A DNA stretch of 64,000 nt from Trichosphaerium sp. ATCC 40318 (GCA_038496445.1 JALMLS010000216.1:558001-622000), one strand, 5' to 3'. Shown: positions 50,060 to 62,963, numbered from the stretch's first letter. Notes: generated from the letters alone by a model not told the origin. Made by a program: numbers and translations.

Positions 50060-53000
50060 ATGTATAAACAAGTACAATTAAGACAAAAGGGCCCTCAAAC
50101 GCGCGTACCGCGAAGCGATGGTATCACAGATGCAATGCGTAGTTAATAACTGGTAATAGGAGCGTCTATGCTATACCCAAAATCTACAGCGTCAATTAGC
50201 GAAGTAATTGCCGCTCAGGCATTCGGTAACAACCGCGTCACGGTAGTGGGCATTATTGGAAATTCTACCAGAGGCAAAACTACATTAGCCAACAGACTTG
50301 TTGACAGGCCAGTCTTTGAGGTAAATACGCTAATCAACGCTAAAATAAATAACTATCAATACAGCCTCTACTGTTAAACGATGAAACAATCCCAAGCGGT
50401 AATCACGACGCTTTTAATGGCGCCAGAGATGTACGTTAACCTTTTTGGATTGTTTAACAAGCAAACAACATCAAAACAAGCCTTAGTGCATCTCGCTGTA
50501 CCCTAAAACCTGTTGCTAGTGTAAAATAGACATGTACCACGACGAAGAGACTAACATCCTTTATCTTAACTTTGCGTCCCTCCGGGATGCGTCGGTGCTT
50601 TCTAACATGTGCGATACGTTAGAATCAAATATGTCCAAGCAGGTGTGTTACCCTACTGCGTCTCAAAACAAAGGAGAAGCGCGAAACAACTGATTTATTT
50701 TTTTCAAAGGAACTTCATCGTTGGTTCGAAAACGAAGAATATGGGCATCTAAAAGCAACGCTATACCTTTTCTTAGTTTGTCATATCATGCTAGTACGTC
50801 TACATCAACTTTAAATAGTTGTCCATAGACGTTGTGACTCACAAAAAATTAATAGATTTCTCACCCATCTCATACTTTTGATATCTCTTATTTACGTATT
50901 TTTCGAATACTAAGAGTAGTTAAAAATACAATGACGCCTAGTATGATGACTCACTTAAGCTCTGCACTTCATCGTCTATCTGATTTTAAGGTTTCTTCAA
51001 GCTTTTCTCCAGGTAGATGTATGCCTGTTTTGACGTTTGTCTTCGATGATGTACGCATTTACACCAACCTAAACTCCTTTATTGCATGGTTAACACTTCT
51101 GTTTAGACTTTGCTACAACCGCATTATAATTCTTCCAAGTCCAAGGACAATAGATCTCATAGAGGACATAATAGAGTAATATTGTTGTTTTTGAAATGAA
51201 AAGCTAATTCTGTTTCAGACAGGTCAAGCTAAGCTTGTGCATTCACTAGAAAGTCAAATACGTATACTGTTGCGCCAATGTCAGCCATCAGATACTCATA
51301 TAAGGTAAGATACAATGGTTAAAAGAGAACTTCTAACGAAGATTATAGTAGTCAGTTATTCACAATTGAAGGCAATCATATGGTGCACCTTGTTTCATAC
51401 CCAGACAAAGAACAGGACTTATCACATCATTTATTACATTGGAGTGATAATGATATAACTATACCTGTTGAAAGACCAGGAAATTCGCGTCACTACAGTG
51501 GTACTAAACTCGATTTTTTCTCGTATAACCACATGAAGTTTTTTGTTATTTTACTCATGAAATGACGATAGGCGTTGCTTCGCTTCGTGAGTGGATATAC
51601 AGTAAGTCAAAGCAGTTCTATAGCCAGCATCAAAGCGCTATGAATAAGCGTCCAGACGCTAGAAAGGTACTGAAAGTGAACTCGATCTCATCTTTTCTTG
51701 TTCTCTTATCTTGTTCAAAAGGGTGGTCTGTTTATACTCCCAACGTCACGCACATGGTTTTCTGCTGCTAGTGCTTTACAAGATTATTTCTCAGCATCTA
51801 AACAGCGATCACGAAATGGTGTAGAAAAACTGAAAGAGTTCCTTGACCCGAACTTTCGGTTCAGCCAAGAGTAAGCGTGACTACCTCAATGTCTAAACAT
51901 TTTGATCTCAACTCATTACTAGACGGTGTCATGATTCAATAGGAAAGGCAAGAGAAGTATATTTCGATAAGATACCAAATTCTTACACCAGTAGAGAGCA
52001 TTTTGAGAGGGTAAGTTCAGACAGTTTTGTAATTCTTTCAATTTTTTTTAATTCATTTTCTTTGAATAGTTAAGTCGTGCTCGTACACAGCTAAATAGTC
52101 TGTGTGTTGGTATTGCAAGGCAAGGTTATTGGAAAAAGTTAGAACAAGAATGTACAGAGTACTGGAGGGATAGTAGGCAATGTTGTGATGCGGTATCACT
52201 TACGTGTAGGCCATGCAAGAATAAGGTACTTAACCTCCAATTGAAGGACACTTTTGTCGGTTTAACACTTACATCGCTCCTTTCTTACCACATTTAGGTG
52301 TCTCCAGCAGTAGTTAAAGACTCCAAAGACGCAAGGTACAACAATAAAGCCGATTCCGCGAGTTTTCTTCAACAGTTTTGTCAATGTATTGAGTTTTACG
52401 TTTAGGCGACCTACATTGAAATGTAGTACCCAATGCGACTCAGGATATCGGGCTTTGCACGCTTCGAATGATGGATTCCAACGTAAACTTCGTCAAGACC
52501 CATTTGACTTGAAGGAGGCAAACTATACTTTTTTCCGAATGGACTCATCAATGAAGCATCCTGAACTTGCATTTATGCCTGCTTTGGCTTCAAATGACAA
52601 TCAATTCCCATCTTGGGCTCTAACATTCCTTGGCCCGGCTTCTCAATACACTCATGAGCGTGGCTTAGAACAGGTAATAGTTGATACGTAATACAGAAGA
52701 CTAACAATTTTCTAGGATGGTTTCATCTCAGGCTGGAATTTTATGTTGCCGTGGGATGTGCCTTTGCCGAAGTCATTAGTAGAGACGAAGTCTAAGACTA
52801 AGGATTATAAAAACAAGGCAGCGATAGCTTCCGCACCAGCTGCTTTTTCAGAAGAGGACTTCCCTGCACTCGGCGCAGTGGTCGCACAAAAGAAAGAACC
52901 CAAACGAAGAAGAACCGATGATTGGTAATTAAGCCTCTTTAATATCTCTAGTGAATTGATCATAACGTGTTTAAATAGGAAAATCCATGATACTGTTAAG

Positions 53001-53990
53001 AACTTGAGACATTATAGAGATGATATTATTAGAGTTGATAGCAAACTTTGGTCCGCGCGAAGTGATATTGGTGATTCTCGCAGCGCGTGTTTGTTTTTTC
53101 TTCTTTTTTTCTTTTTTTTTTCTTTGTTTATGAAATCCCATGCTCTGTTTCTCGTGTATTTACTTGGTTTTTCAGGTGATAATAAGAGAGATAGAGGAAG
53201 ATTTAATAGACGTTCTAATGACGGTAATAAAAGAAAAAAGAAAGACAGATACAATAAGAAAACACCTTCAACTTCTATGACTATAAACCTTGATGAAATG
53301 TTAAAAATTGGAAGTTCTGATAGTAAACGTGTGTATATTGGTATTGAATATGAGTGTCCTAATGGCCAGAGATTCTTCTTACAGAAAGATCTGGTTGCAC
53401 AACATTTACCACACGCGTTCAAGGTACGGTCTTTTGATCCGTCAACGAACAATACTTCAATTTTTTTTGGCTGACTCTTATGTAATAGAATGGTCAACTC
53501 GTAATGCCTGTACTCCTTGGATCAGAGATTCCTTTGTTTTTGACTAGTCCAGCAAGCAAAAAGAGTAATAAGCTTGGAGATGGTAAATCATTAGGGCAAC
53601 TTATGCGTATTTTCATCGCAACACCTAACTGTCCATTTCAGTTCTTGCTTAATCCAAAAGTCACTGTACGATTTTTGTACTTTCGATCATTAAGGAGTTG
53701 TTACTTATCTCTTGGGTTTTTAGTGGAAGCGCCTTGGGACAGAAGATAAAATAACCTTTGAAGTACCTCAACAACAAGTTGTGCTACCTTGTGGATCATT
53801 AGTCGTCCTGAGATTACCGTACACAGAAAACCATTTGTACACCTTTTTTTTTTGACTTGTAATCTTTAGGTACCTTTTCAACAAAAAGGACTTGGTGCTT
53901 AGTCATGCGTCTTTGCCTACGCATATAGCTTACTTGAACCCTTTCTTTATACATCTTCGGAGTACACGCAGGAGAAACAAAGTTTCTTAG
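50060..53990 (+). CDS. SMG8: Nonsense-mediated decay factor SMG8, multi-exon
   Basis: VVGIIG..GKTTLANRL, YLFLVCHIML..HP...FDISYLRIFR, PGRCMPVLTFVF, LESQIR.LLR, CDAVSLT.RPC, RQDPFDLKEANY.FF, YIGIEYECPNGQRF, QLMRIFIATP. Confidence 0.9.
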
Positions 53991-54604
53991 GGTACCCTAT
54001 TATGTCTGTCAAAAAATCTAATGCTTTATTTATAGATTAACACTTTTTGAATGAAAAAACCTCCTATGATCAGAGACGCGTCTAGATTAACAGCAAAGAA
54101 GTTTATCCATAAATAATATGGCGCTAGCAATCAAAGCATCCCATTGATGGGATCGCTTAGTATTAACATGTGGAGCTTGTAACACCCCACCGACTGGAGT
54201 GGAAAATCAAAAAACACAAGCATGATGAAAGAAAAAAAAACAAAAACATAAAACCTCAACAGTTTCTATTGACTCCTCCTTTGGTTTTGTTTTTTTTTAT
54301 CTTCAATAATCATAAAACTGCACGTGTTCCTTTATGGAAGTTCAATATTATCACAGTGGATCTAAATATTTGTAAAGGAAGTATCAATCGAGGTTAAAAC
54401 TTTGAAGTTCTCAAAAAAAAAAAAAAAGCCGAAAGATTGTTTTGACTTATTCGGACTGTTATGTTACTCACTATACCCGATATCTTTTTTTTTATCATCT
54501 CCGCGGCTTATCGAACACCTTTAGCAAATACCTAGCGATACTTGCGTTACAGTACTTCGTTATCTAGGATATAAATCTGAAGTGAAAAAAAAAATACTAA
54601 AATC

Positions 54605-55257
54605 ATGACAGACGGAACTCAAAACGTGGAGATTTCAATACGTCTGCAACGCATGGGTAAAACTCAAAGTAGATCACTTATTCTTGGTCTTGATGGAGCA
54701 GGAAAGACAACAATATTAACTAGATTAAGAGGTATAACTGGTGTACACTCTAATCCTACAGAAATATACGAAACGCATAACGTTAAGCGGAGAGGTCTTA
54801 AAACAGAATTCTGGGATGTTAGTGGTCATAGATCAAAGAGAACGCTTTGGCCTTATTATTATCAAGGTACAAGAACACCTCAGGTTATTATATGGGTAGT
54901 TGACGCGTCAGATGCATCAAGGCACGTTTTTTTTTGTCAGAAACACGTGATATTTAGAAAAATAACTTACTCGCTCGTAGGCTTCCTGAAGGTAAGAGAG
55001 AGCTTCATAGAGTATGTAAAGATAAGGCATTACAAGACGCAATTATATTGGTTTTATTGAACAAGTGTGATTTACCTCATGCAAGGTCTGCTTGTTTTAT
55101 AGCTGCCGGATTGGACCTGCAATCAATTAAACAGACATTATATTGTAAAAAGTTATCTGCAACTACTGGGTTTAACTATAAACAGACAAAGAAATGCTTG
55201 TATAAAATACTAAGGCAACTGCGTGGTGTAAAAGACTTTGACGAGTACTACGATTAA
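54605..55257 (+). CDS. Divergent Arf/Arl small GTPase, 2 exons with a GC-AG intron (54922-54980); start 54605 or 54653
   Basis: LGLDGAGKTT, FWDVSGH, LWPYYY, IWVVDASD, LLNKCD, LSATTG. Confidence 0.88.
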
Positions 55258-55713
55258 GAACAAACAAAAAACTAACAGAAATTCCTATTTCGAAAAAAAA
55301 TGAGATAATAAACCATACTCCCTTTTGTACAATATCATAATAGTGCGTTTTCTGTTATGTACTCATAATTAGTTGAATCTTGGAGCTTCCAAAATCCATA
55401 TTTTTGAACGGTTTTTTATTTACTCTTGAAGCACGAACTATCGAATCTAAGTTGGTTCACACTCAATTCTTACGCGTAGAGACTGCTGTGGTATATATTA
55501 GGACTGAGTTAATACAGGTTAAAGGAAATTGAATTTTCCCATTTTAGCGCCGTTATTTGCCATCTCTAACATACACTACTTCATTAAAACTAGTTTTTCC
55601 CCTATGGTGATAAGGGCTAAACGTACAACAAGTCAAATAAGGCAAGACGCTTTACCAAAATGGAAAGTTTCGATTTTTAGCGTTGTGGAGGAATTAACCA
55701 TAATTATTACGCA

Positions 55714-56532
55714 ATGCTATTAAACGCAAGAATTCTAGCATTAGTGGCCTTCATTGTATTATGCGGCGCGTATTCAGCGTCTAGACCAGATAATTTTCAA
55801 TGCCGCACTAGAAATGTACTAGTTTCAAACCGTGCATCTGTGTACGCTGCTGAAAAAGCAGTACATGGTCTTGTTTACAGCGTCTATAAGATGAACCGTA
55901 AAGCCGTAGCAAGAAACCCTACAGGCTATAAACTGGGCCAAAAACTATGGAGCTACTTCATGCACAACAATGCGAACAAAAGGGCGTGTAGCACAGCAAG
56001 GTATTTCATGACTGAAGCCGAGACGAAGCAAGTACTACAAGAAGCCACCTCAGATACATCTAAGCTACGTTTGAACCTTCAAAACATGAAAACAGCAACT
56101 ATAAGATCGAATGGCAAATGGGCTTTTTCATCTCGACCAATGACTCTCGGTGCCTATGCAAAGTACTTAAAACCAGGTCGATGGCGCGTAGGGTCTCGTT
56201 TTATGGGTTGGGCAAAGGGCAGCGAAACAAATCTACACGGAATGGATATTCATATTTTGCCTAACGGTGTCATTACCAAGAAAGCTGATGGGTCTTGGTT
56301 CTTCACTGGTCATGTATCTGCTAATGATTGGTTTGATCTAGACTTTAAAAAAAGAGGATCCAGGACACTTGAGGGTGAGATTGGAACAAGACTTTTCAGT
56401 CTTGTACAAGGTAACGGTTTTGATGTAGCAGGCGCTGGTTTATGTGTTATGTACATACCTGGCCAATACGCATTGTACTTTAAGAGGGATTACCCATCAA
56501 TTAGGTGTTTAAACCCAGGAACAAGATATTAA
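55714..56532 (+). CDS. Secreted, intronless protein with colicin M-like (lipid II-degrading) C-terminal domain
   Basis: Signal peptide aa1-~22; aa185-243 GVITKKADGSWFFTGHVSANDWFDLDFKKRGSRTLEGEIGTRLFSLVQGNGFDV aligns by eye with colicin M GTLTISANGAWTYNGVVRSYDDKYDFNASTHRGIIGESLTRLGAMFSGKEYQI. Confidence 0.7.
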   Translation: MLLNARILALVAFIVLCGAYSASRPDNFQCRTRNVLVSNRASVYAAEKAVHGLVYSVYKMNRKAVARNPTGYKLGQKLWSYFMHNNANKRACSTARYFMTEAETKQVLQEATSDTSKLRLNLQNMKTATIRSNGKWAFSSRPMTLGAYAKYLKPGRWRVGSRFMGWAKGSETNLHGMDIHILPNGVITKKADGSWFFTGHVSANDWFDLDFKKRGSRTLEGEIGTRLFSLVQGNGFDVAGAGLCVMYIPGQYALYFKRDYPSIRCLNPGTRY

Positions 56533-56717
56533 ATAAAGAATAGGTTTTTTGTGAAAGACAGTACCGTCTATGGGTTACCAATTTACCTGCTGACACGCGG
56601 CGCTTCCTTTTATCATTGTATAGCGTAAGTACTTGTGTTAGTACATTCTCAAGGATTGTCAACGACATTATTTGTTTCATAGCTTAAATACTACAAGGAC
56701 AGTTTCTATTGGAACGT

Positions 56718-58723
56718 ATGAGTATGTTGTCGCATAGGGCGTTAAATGTGACACAAGCTAAAGCTATGCGCGCCAAAAGGCCACAAGTGGCCGTATCTAC
56801 GCTCGAGGCGCATAAATCGGTGCTTGTTAATGTAATAGCACCGAAACTGCAGTATAAAGTAATGGCGGATTGGTTTAAACTTACAAAAAAGCAATTAAAA
56901 GCTCAAGGATGGCTTGGGATGTTGAAACAGTAAGTTTGGCACTAATTTCACAGTTTGACATTTTAACTTGGTTTAGATATAACGAATCTATCGTTTACAC
57001 TCTAGAATGTATATTCCCAGAGCATGAATGGCCTCCATGGAAGTTTGCGTGCGTTTCATTAAATTCACCCTACAATTACAAACAGTGCCCTAGAATAACA
57101 AAAAAGGAGTATTTGGCTACGAAAAAGCAGCGTCGTGAGCTTTTTAATGATGTTGCTAAAGAGCTCAACATAAAAATTCTTGATGATTGGCACAATTTCA
57201 GTTATAAATCTCTTGTTGTCAATGGTGGTTGTACTCTTATGGTAAACGAGTACGCAAGCCTCCTAAGGCTGAATGTACTATGAGCGGTTATGGTTATACG
57301 TATAATAGGTTCCGTGGATCTCTCCACCAAGCACTGAAGACACTTTATTCATCATTTGATTGGGATGTGTCACGTTTTCCGTAAGTATTTTTTTTCTTTG
57401 CATAGACGTCATTCTTTGTTTTTTAGAGGATCGCCACGTGATTATTGGGATGATGTTAATCGCCAAAGGAAACTATTAGAGTCTAAAAGTGAGATTATGA
57501 AGGTTAAAACAGTTGATGATTTTCATGATATTGGAAGTAGAACTGCTTGTAGTATTGTAAGCTGTATTATGTACAAGTACGTATGTTACCTAATTATGCC
57601 TGTCTAACATGTATTAAGACATGGAAACTCTTTATTTAAAGCACTTAAAGCTATGTATCCTGGATATGAGTGGCAAGAAAGTAGATTAAGCCCGAGGTAA
57701 CTTTTTTTTTTATCATTATTTTTATCTTCAGTATTGATGGGTGTCTTGTAGGACTCCGAGGCTTCTTCCTTTTCGCCACTGGCATTCTAGTGAAAACGTT
57801 TTAACTTTTTTAAAGTCTATGGAAGTTAATATGAATATAACAAATCCATACGAATGGTAAGACCAAAACGGGAACACAAACAATATCGGTTTTTTTTTGT
57901 TTATTTATTTCAAGGTATCGTGTGTCAACAGACCAAATAAAGCATAAGGGAGGTAAAGGGTTACTGAAGTACTACCCTGGAGTATTGAATATGTTATATC
58001 CTGATACACATTGGAAATGGAGTAAATTCCCGCACATGGGCAAGAAATCAATACAAAAGTTAGTAATCATTGTATAACCAATTTAAATCTAATTTCTCTT
58101 TAGTGCACTCAAAGAGGCTGCCTCAAAGATATTTGTTGGCCTTAAGCTAGAAGAAGAGTATATAATTGGAATGAGAGATAGTAACGGGCTACCTCTTTCT
58201 GTAGATATATTCGTTCCATCATGCAATCTTGCGCTTGAATATCAAGGTAACTTCACTGCTTTTTGACTTTAAACCTCAATTACTCTAGGCGAGCACCACT
58301 ACCATGATGTAGTGTCTTTTGGTTCTCCTTCTGTAGTATATAGAACACGTGATAGCGAGAAATACTTACAATGTCGTCATTTGGGTACGAAGAACACATC
58401 TCGTCATTTCAGCTAACATTTAAAACAAGGTATAAAACTGGTAGATATTCCTTATTGGTGGAAAGGTGACATACAGAGTATTGTAGATATAATAGCCAAG
58501 AGCCATCCAGGTATAGTAAGTGCTATTTCATCGACTGTCAACAACAGTGAACCAATAACAGAGTTGACAAGTGCTGGGTTTGATGCACACGAAGGTACGA
58601 CTTTTATTGCTGTTTTGAACACTCTGTATACATTTTCTAAAAATTATAGCTGCCCTTGGATCTAGTATTATGTCTCCTGTAAGGAATGCCACATATACTA
58701 CGTTTTCTGTCAAATCGGCGTAA
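56718..58723 (+). CDS. Helical-repeat (..YP.H.W..WKF) protein with C-terminal RAP/PD-(D/E)xK nuclease-like domain, probably organelle-targeted
   Basis: Repeated IFPEHEWPPWKF / MYPGYEWQE / YPDTHWKWSKF units; LSVDIFVPSCNLALEYQGEHHY..RDSEK..C..LGIKLVDIPYWW; basic N-terminus. Confidence 0.78.
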
Positions 58724-58801
58724 ACTAGAAATGTAACAGACTGACGTTGGCTGAATTTGGGCAGACTTATTTGCTGACTTAACCATTAACGAACTTTTCA
58801 A

Positions 58802-60784
58802 ATGCTCAGCCGCTTGTCCACTAATTATGCTGTAAGACGCACTCGTCGTGCTAAAGGTACTTGTTGACGCTGTAGAACAGTAATTTAATCTTTTTATTGG
58901 CAGTTGTACTTGTAAATTTGGCTTACACTTTCTAGTTCAGCGCCGTTCTTATGCTCAGAAGCATAACAACCAAAAAGTAGTAGCTGTACTCTATAAGGGC
59001 GGTTCAGCAGCTCAAGAACAACCGAAATTACTAGCAGCTGCCGAAAATGAGCTAGGCCTTCGTCCATTCTTAGAGGGCCGTGGGCACTCCCTAAAGACGA
59101 TGACTGATAAAGGTACTAAACATACATGAATACAAAAAATTAAAATTCTGTAAACTGGGCCTGGTTTTACATGAGAGCCACACAAGTTTTCGGATTGCGA
59201 AGACGACATTTCAAAAACTTTTTGTGAATATCACGTGACACTTTTTTTGTTGGTTTAACGTTCCTCTTGTTAAATTATATCTACTTATGTGATTAGGAGC
59301 TGCTCTTGATGCGGAGCTACCTGATACTGATATCCTTATTACAACTCCATTTCATCCTGCTTATGTAACGGCAGAGCGTATAGCATCAGCCAAGAATCTT
59401 AAGCTAGTCGTAACAGCCGGTGTACGTGTTCACATTCTTTTATTTTTTTTTTTGGTTATTTACGGCGTATCTTGTTTACCATACTTGGTATAGTATCTAA
59501 ACCATCAAACTTGCTGTGTTGACCTTTTCGCTCGCTTTAGACAACTTTAGCTGCTCGAACTGAGCGCTTTTGTTACAACTCGAAATAAATCCATGAATGT
59601 GTTCTTATGTTGCGGTAGGTTGGCTCTGATCACGTAGATCTCGATGCAGCTTGTAAAGCTAATGTTACAGTCGCTGAGGTAACAGTTTAAATTTATGCTA
59701 CTGTAGTTTAACGCTAAAGATTTTTTTAGGTTACTGGGTGTAACGTTGTAAGTGTTGCTGAACACGTTGTAATGCAAATATTGGCGTTAGTCCGCAATTA
59801 TATTCCTGCCTACAAGCAAGTGATAAACGGTGAATGGGATGTTGCTCAGATTGCTAAGAATGCTTACGATCTTGAAGGAAAAGTAGTTGGCACTGTTGGT
59901 ACGTTGTGTTCTTTTTGGTTTTTTTCCTCTTTTTTTTTTTGCAATGAACTTATTTTATCTAGGTGCTGGTCGTATTGGATTGCGTGTTTTGGAAAGATTG
60001 AAGCCATTTGATGTAAAGTTATTGTATAGTGACTACCAAAAACTACCTGCTGATGTAGAGGTACATAAAGAGAAAACTTTTTTGGTTTTTGTAGTGTTCG
60101 TTTGACTAAAGAGTACTTACTGTTTTAGGCGAGCGTTGGCGCAGAATATCGTGATCTGAAACAAATGCTCTCTGAGTGTGATGTTGTTACTATTAACTGC
60201 CCGCTTACTACCGAAACTGACGAGTTTTATGATAAGAACCTTTTACAGCATATGAAAAAAGGTAAGACTTCAAATTATTATTGCAATTCTGTTGTGTTAA
60301 CACTGTGTTTAAGGTGCTTGGCTTGTTAATACTGCTCGTGGAAAGATAATAAAACGCGACGATCTAGTAGAGGCGGTAAATAGTGGGCACCTTGCTGGAT
60401 ATGCAGGTAATGATTGCTGCTTTGCTGATTTTCCTTCTTTCGTCTATTGCGTTTTTATTGAATTTCACCTTTAGGTGACGTTTGGTACCCTCAACCGGCA
60501 CCTGCTGATCATCCTTGGCGTCAAATGCCAAATCATGCTCTTACACCTCATTATTCTGGTACTACTTTGGATGCGCAAGCGAGGTAAATTCGAAAAGACT
60601 AGTGTCTTTTTTTTTTTTTCCTTTTGCTGTTGTACTTATATGTTTTTTTCTTTCTTTTAGATATGCAGCTGGTTCAGAGGACATTATCAAAAATTTCTTA
60701 GATGATACCCCTATTAAACCGGAAGATCTTATTGTACAAGGTGGAGAGATTGTTTCTCCTTCGTACAACCGTTCTAAGGTGTAG
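58802..60784 (+). CDS. FDH: NAD-dependent formate dehydrogenase with mitochondrial-type presequence
   Basis: [60 protein letters not shown]; Arg-rich N-terminus [16 protein letters not shown]. Confidence 0.96.
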
Positions 60785-61218
60785 ATAAAGAGCACTTAAC
60801 AAAACAAACTACTGATTTTTGAAGACCATTTTAATATCAAAATACAAATTATTCATTTATAAATAAATACTTAATAAATAACGAGAAAAATCGTTGTTAT
60901 GTGCTTGCGTTATTGTTGAACAAGCCACAAGATCTTTGTTCGACTTTGTGCATCCTAAATAAATCTCATGAATGCTGTGATTTCCTCCCTGAGTTAATGT
61001 AAGGATTCCTGCGCATCTGTATTACTCAAACTTAGCAACTAAGTCAATGTCTCTGGTGGCAACCTGAGCTAATATGGTCTGTTGTTTTACTATGTTTCAG
61101 TGCCACGGTTTTTGTGTGGTGTCTAACGTTGACTGGCGTTTACTACGTTTTGCGTAATTGATTCCAAAACATCAACAAGCCTTGTCACGTGCAGGTTACC
61201 ACTCAAATTATTTTTTCT

Positions 61219-62073
61219 ATGCTTGGTAGTGGTCCTTATAAGATAAAACCCTTATATTTACAGGATTTCTTCCCATCGGAGATATTAACGCATATTTTAC
61301 GCTATTTAAACAGAAAACAGCGTATCAACGCCACGTCAGTTTCTCACGTGTTTAATGACATACTTCGGCGCAATATTGGGTTTGAAGTGATTAAAGTAAG
61401 AGAAGCTTTTGAGTATGATGATTGTCACTTTCTTGAAGGCAGTCCACTTCTGAAAAATACAAGAATTGATTGTTCTTGTATTGAGATGTATGATAGCAAC
61501 ATGGCTTGCCTTGCTGGTGTCCACACTATAGACCTTACTTTTACAAAGGTTACAGATTCAGGCATCCTCTCATTATTACAAGAAGGAAGACACACCATTC
61601 ATGATATTGGCTTGACACTCACAGACATAACAGATGTTTCATTGAAGGCACTAAAAGGTGTTCATACAATAAATGTTTATGGGTGTTCAAAGATATCTGT
61701 TGAAGGAATAAAGGCACTGAGGGATGTACACGAAATTATTATTGGTGGTCTTTCACCGAAAAATGAATGGCTTGAGCATCTTTGTAATGTTCATTCAGTC
61801 CGTATTGTTAGTGGTAGGTCACTCACAGATGATGGATTCAAGTCATTAACTAATGTAAAACGACTGCGCGCTTGTGAAAATCTAACTGATGCGGGTTTGA
61901 GGAGCTTGGTCAACCTTGAATATCTTGAACTCTGGAACAACAACAAAGTTACAAATTCATGTTTGAAACACTTGACCTCTCTCAAACATATTAAAACTGG
62001 AAAGACCTTGCTTACAAAAGAAGCAGCTGATGCTTTGGGTATACGTTTCGTTCTGGTAAAGGACCTACAGTAA
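61219..62073 (+). CDS. Intronless F-box + LRR (GVHTIDL/VTD-type) protein
   Basis: FPSEILTHILRYL..VS..F F-box; repeats LAGVHTIDLTFTKVTDSG, LKGVHTINVYGCSKIS, LTDAGL. Confidence 0.88.
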   Translation: MLGSGPYKIKPLYLQDFFPSEILTHILRYLNRKQRINATSVSHVFNDILRRNIGFEVIKVREAFEYDDCHFLEGSPLLKNTRIDCSCIEMYDSNMACLAGVHTIDLTFTKVTDSGILSLLQEGRHTIHDIGLTLTDITDVSLKALKGVHTINVYGCSKISVEGIKALRDVHEIIIGGLSPKNEWLEHLCNVHSVRIVSGRSLTDDGFKSLTNVKRLRACENLTDAGLRSLVNLEYLELWNNNKVTNSCLKHLTSLKHIKTGKTLLTKEAADALGIRFVLVKDLQ

Positions 62074-62963
62074 ACACTAATAATATTGTCTGTCTCATTC
62101 AAGTTTTATTAATATTTTCAAGAAAGTGAGTTTCTAACACTGTTTGCAGCTAGCAAGAATTGACACTTCTGCCAAATAGTGTAGATATATGACAATGCTG
62201 TCCTTCATAATATGGCTAACGTACCTTAAGTAATAGCAAACTTTTCAATGTCAGTTTCGATAGCCCAGGGCAAGATGGCACTGTATTTACATACACGCCA
62301 AGCACGGTATGATCAAACATTAGTCTTCAATGAGCTAAAAACGCATTAATATGGTTCGATGGCCCACAAAGCCATCACATTACAGCTGAATGTGGTATGA
62401 ATGCCTCAAACACTGTTTGGGGTATGTTTACTTCTAAAAATTTAACGTACGTGTATAACTAACTAGCGCTGACACTGGCGCCTACCCCACGCTAACAGAA
62501 GCACTCGCGCAACGTTCAAACAGAAACCAGGGATAATAACGTGAAAAACTCCCCAAAACACTATCAACGCTGCTGTAGGCTTTGTGAACGCCGCCAGGTG
62601 CCAATTTATATGTAAATAAAAAATTGCATTGTCAGTTTGTTAAATCACGTGGTTGACAACTTGGATTTGCAAAAAAATTGCCATGACAGTGAGTGCATCA
62701 TGAAAAATTGAGATTGTAGGTTCTGTCAGAAGCGTCAGATCCGTCAGATCGGGCAGAAACTGGATTTTATGAAAGTCAGTTGCTGAAATACCCAATAAAG
62801 ACCCAATAATGAAGAAACGTCCTAAAAGTTCATAAATGCGTAATCTTTATTCCAATTTAGATGTTTGGTAATACTTTTCTTCCATAAACCCGAAAATCTT
62901 TTTCAAAATTAGGTATTTTCCACTTTGTTATTTTTATTTAAAATACATCATACACGAGTGGCA

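Noticed and set aside
62723-62760. Short GTCAGA(T/A) direct repeats
   Set aside because: Only 3-4 imperfect 9-nt units; insufficient to call a functional element
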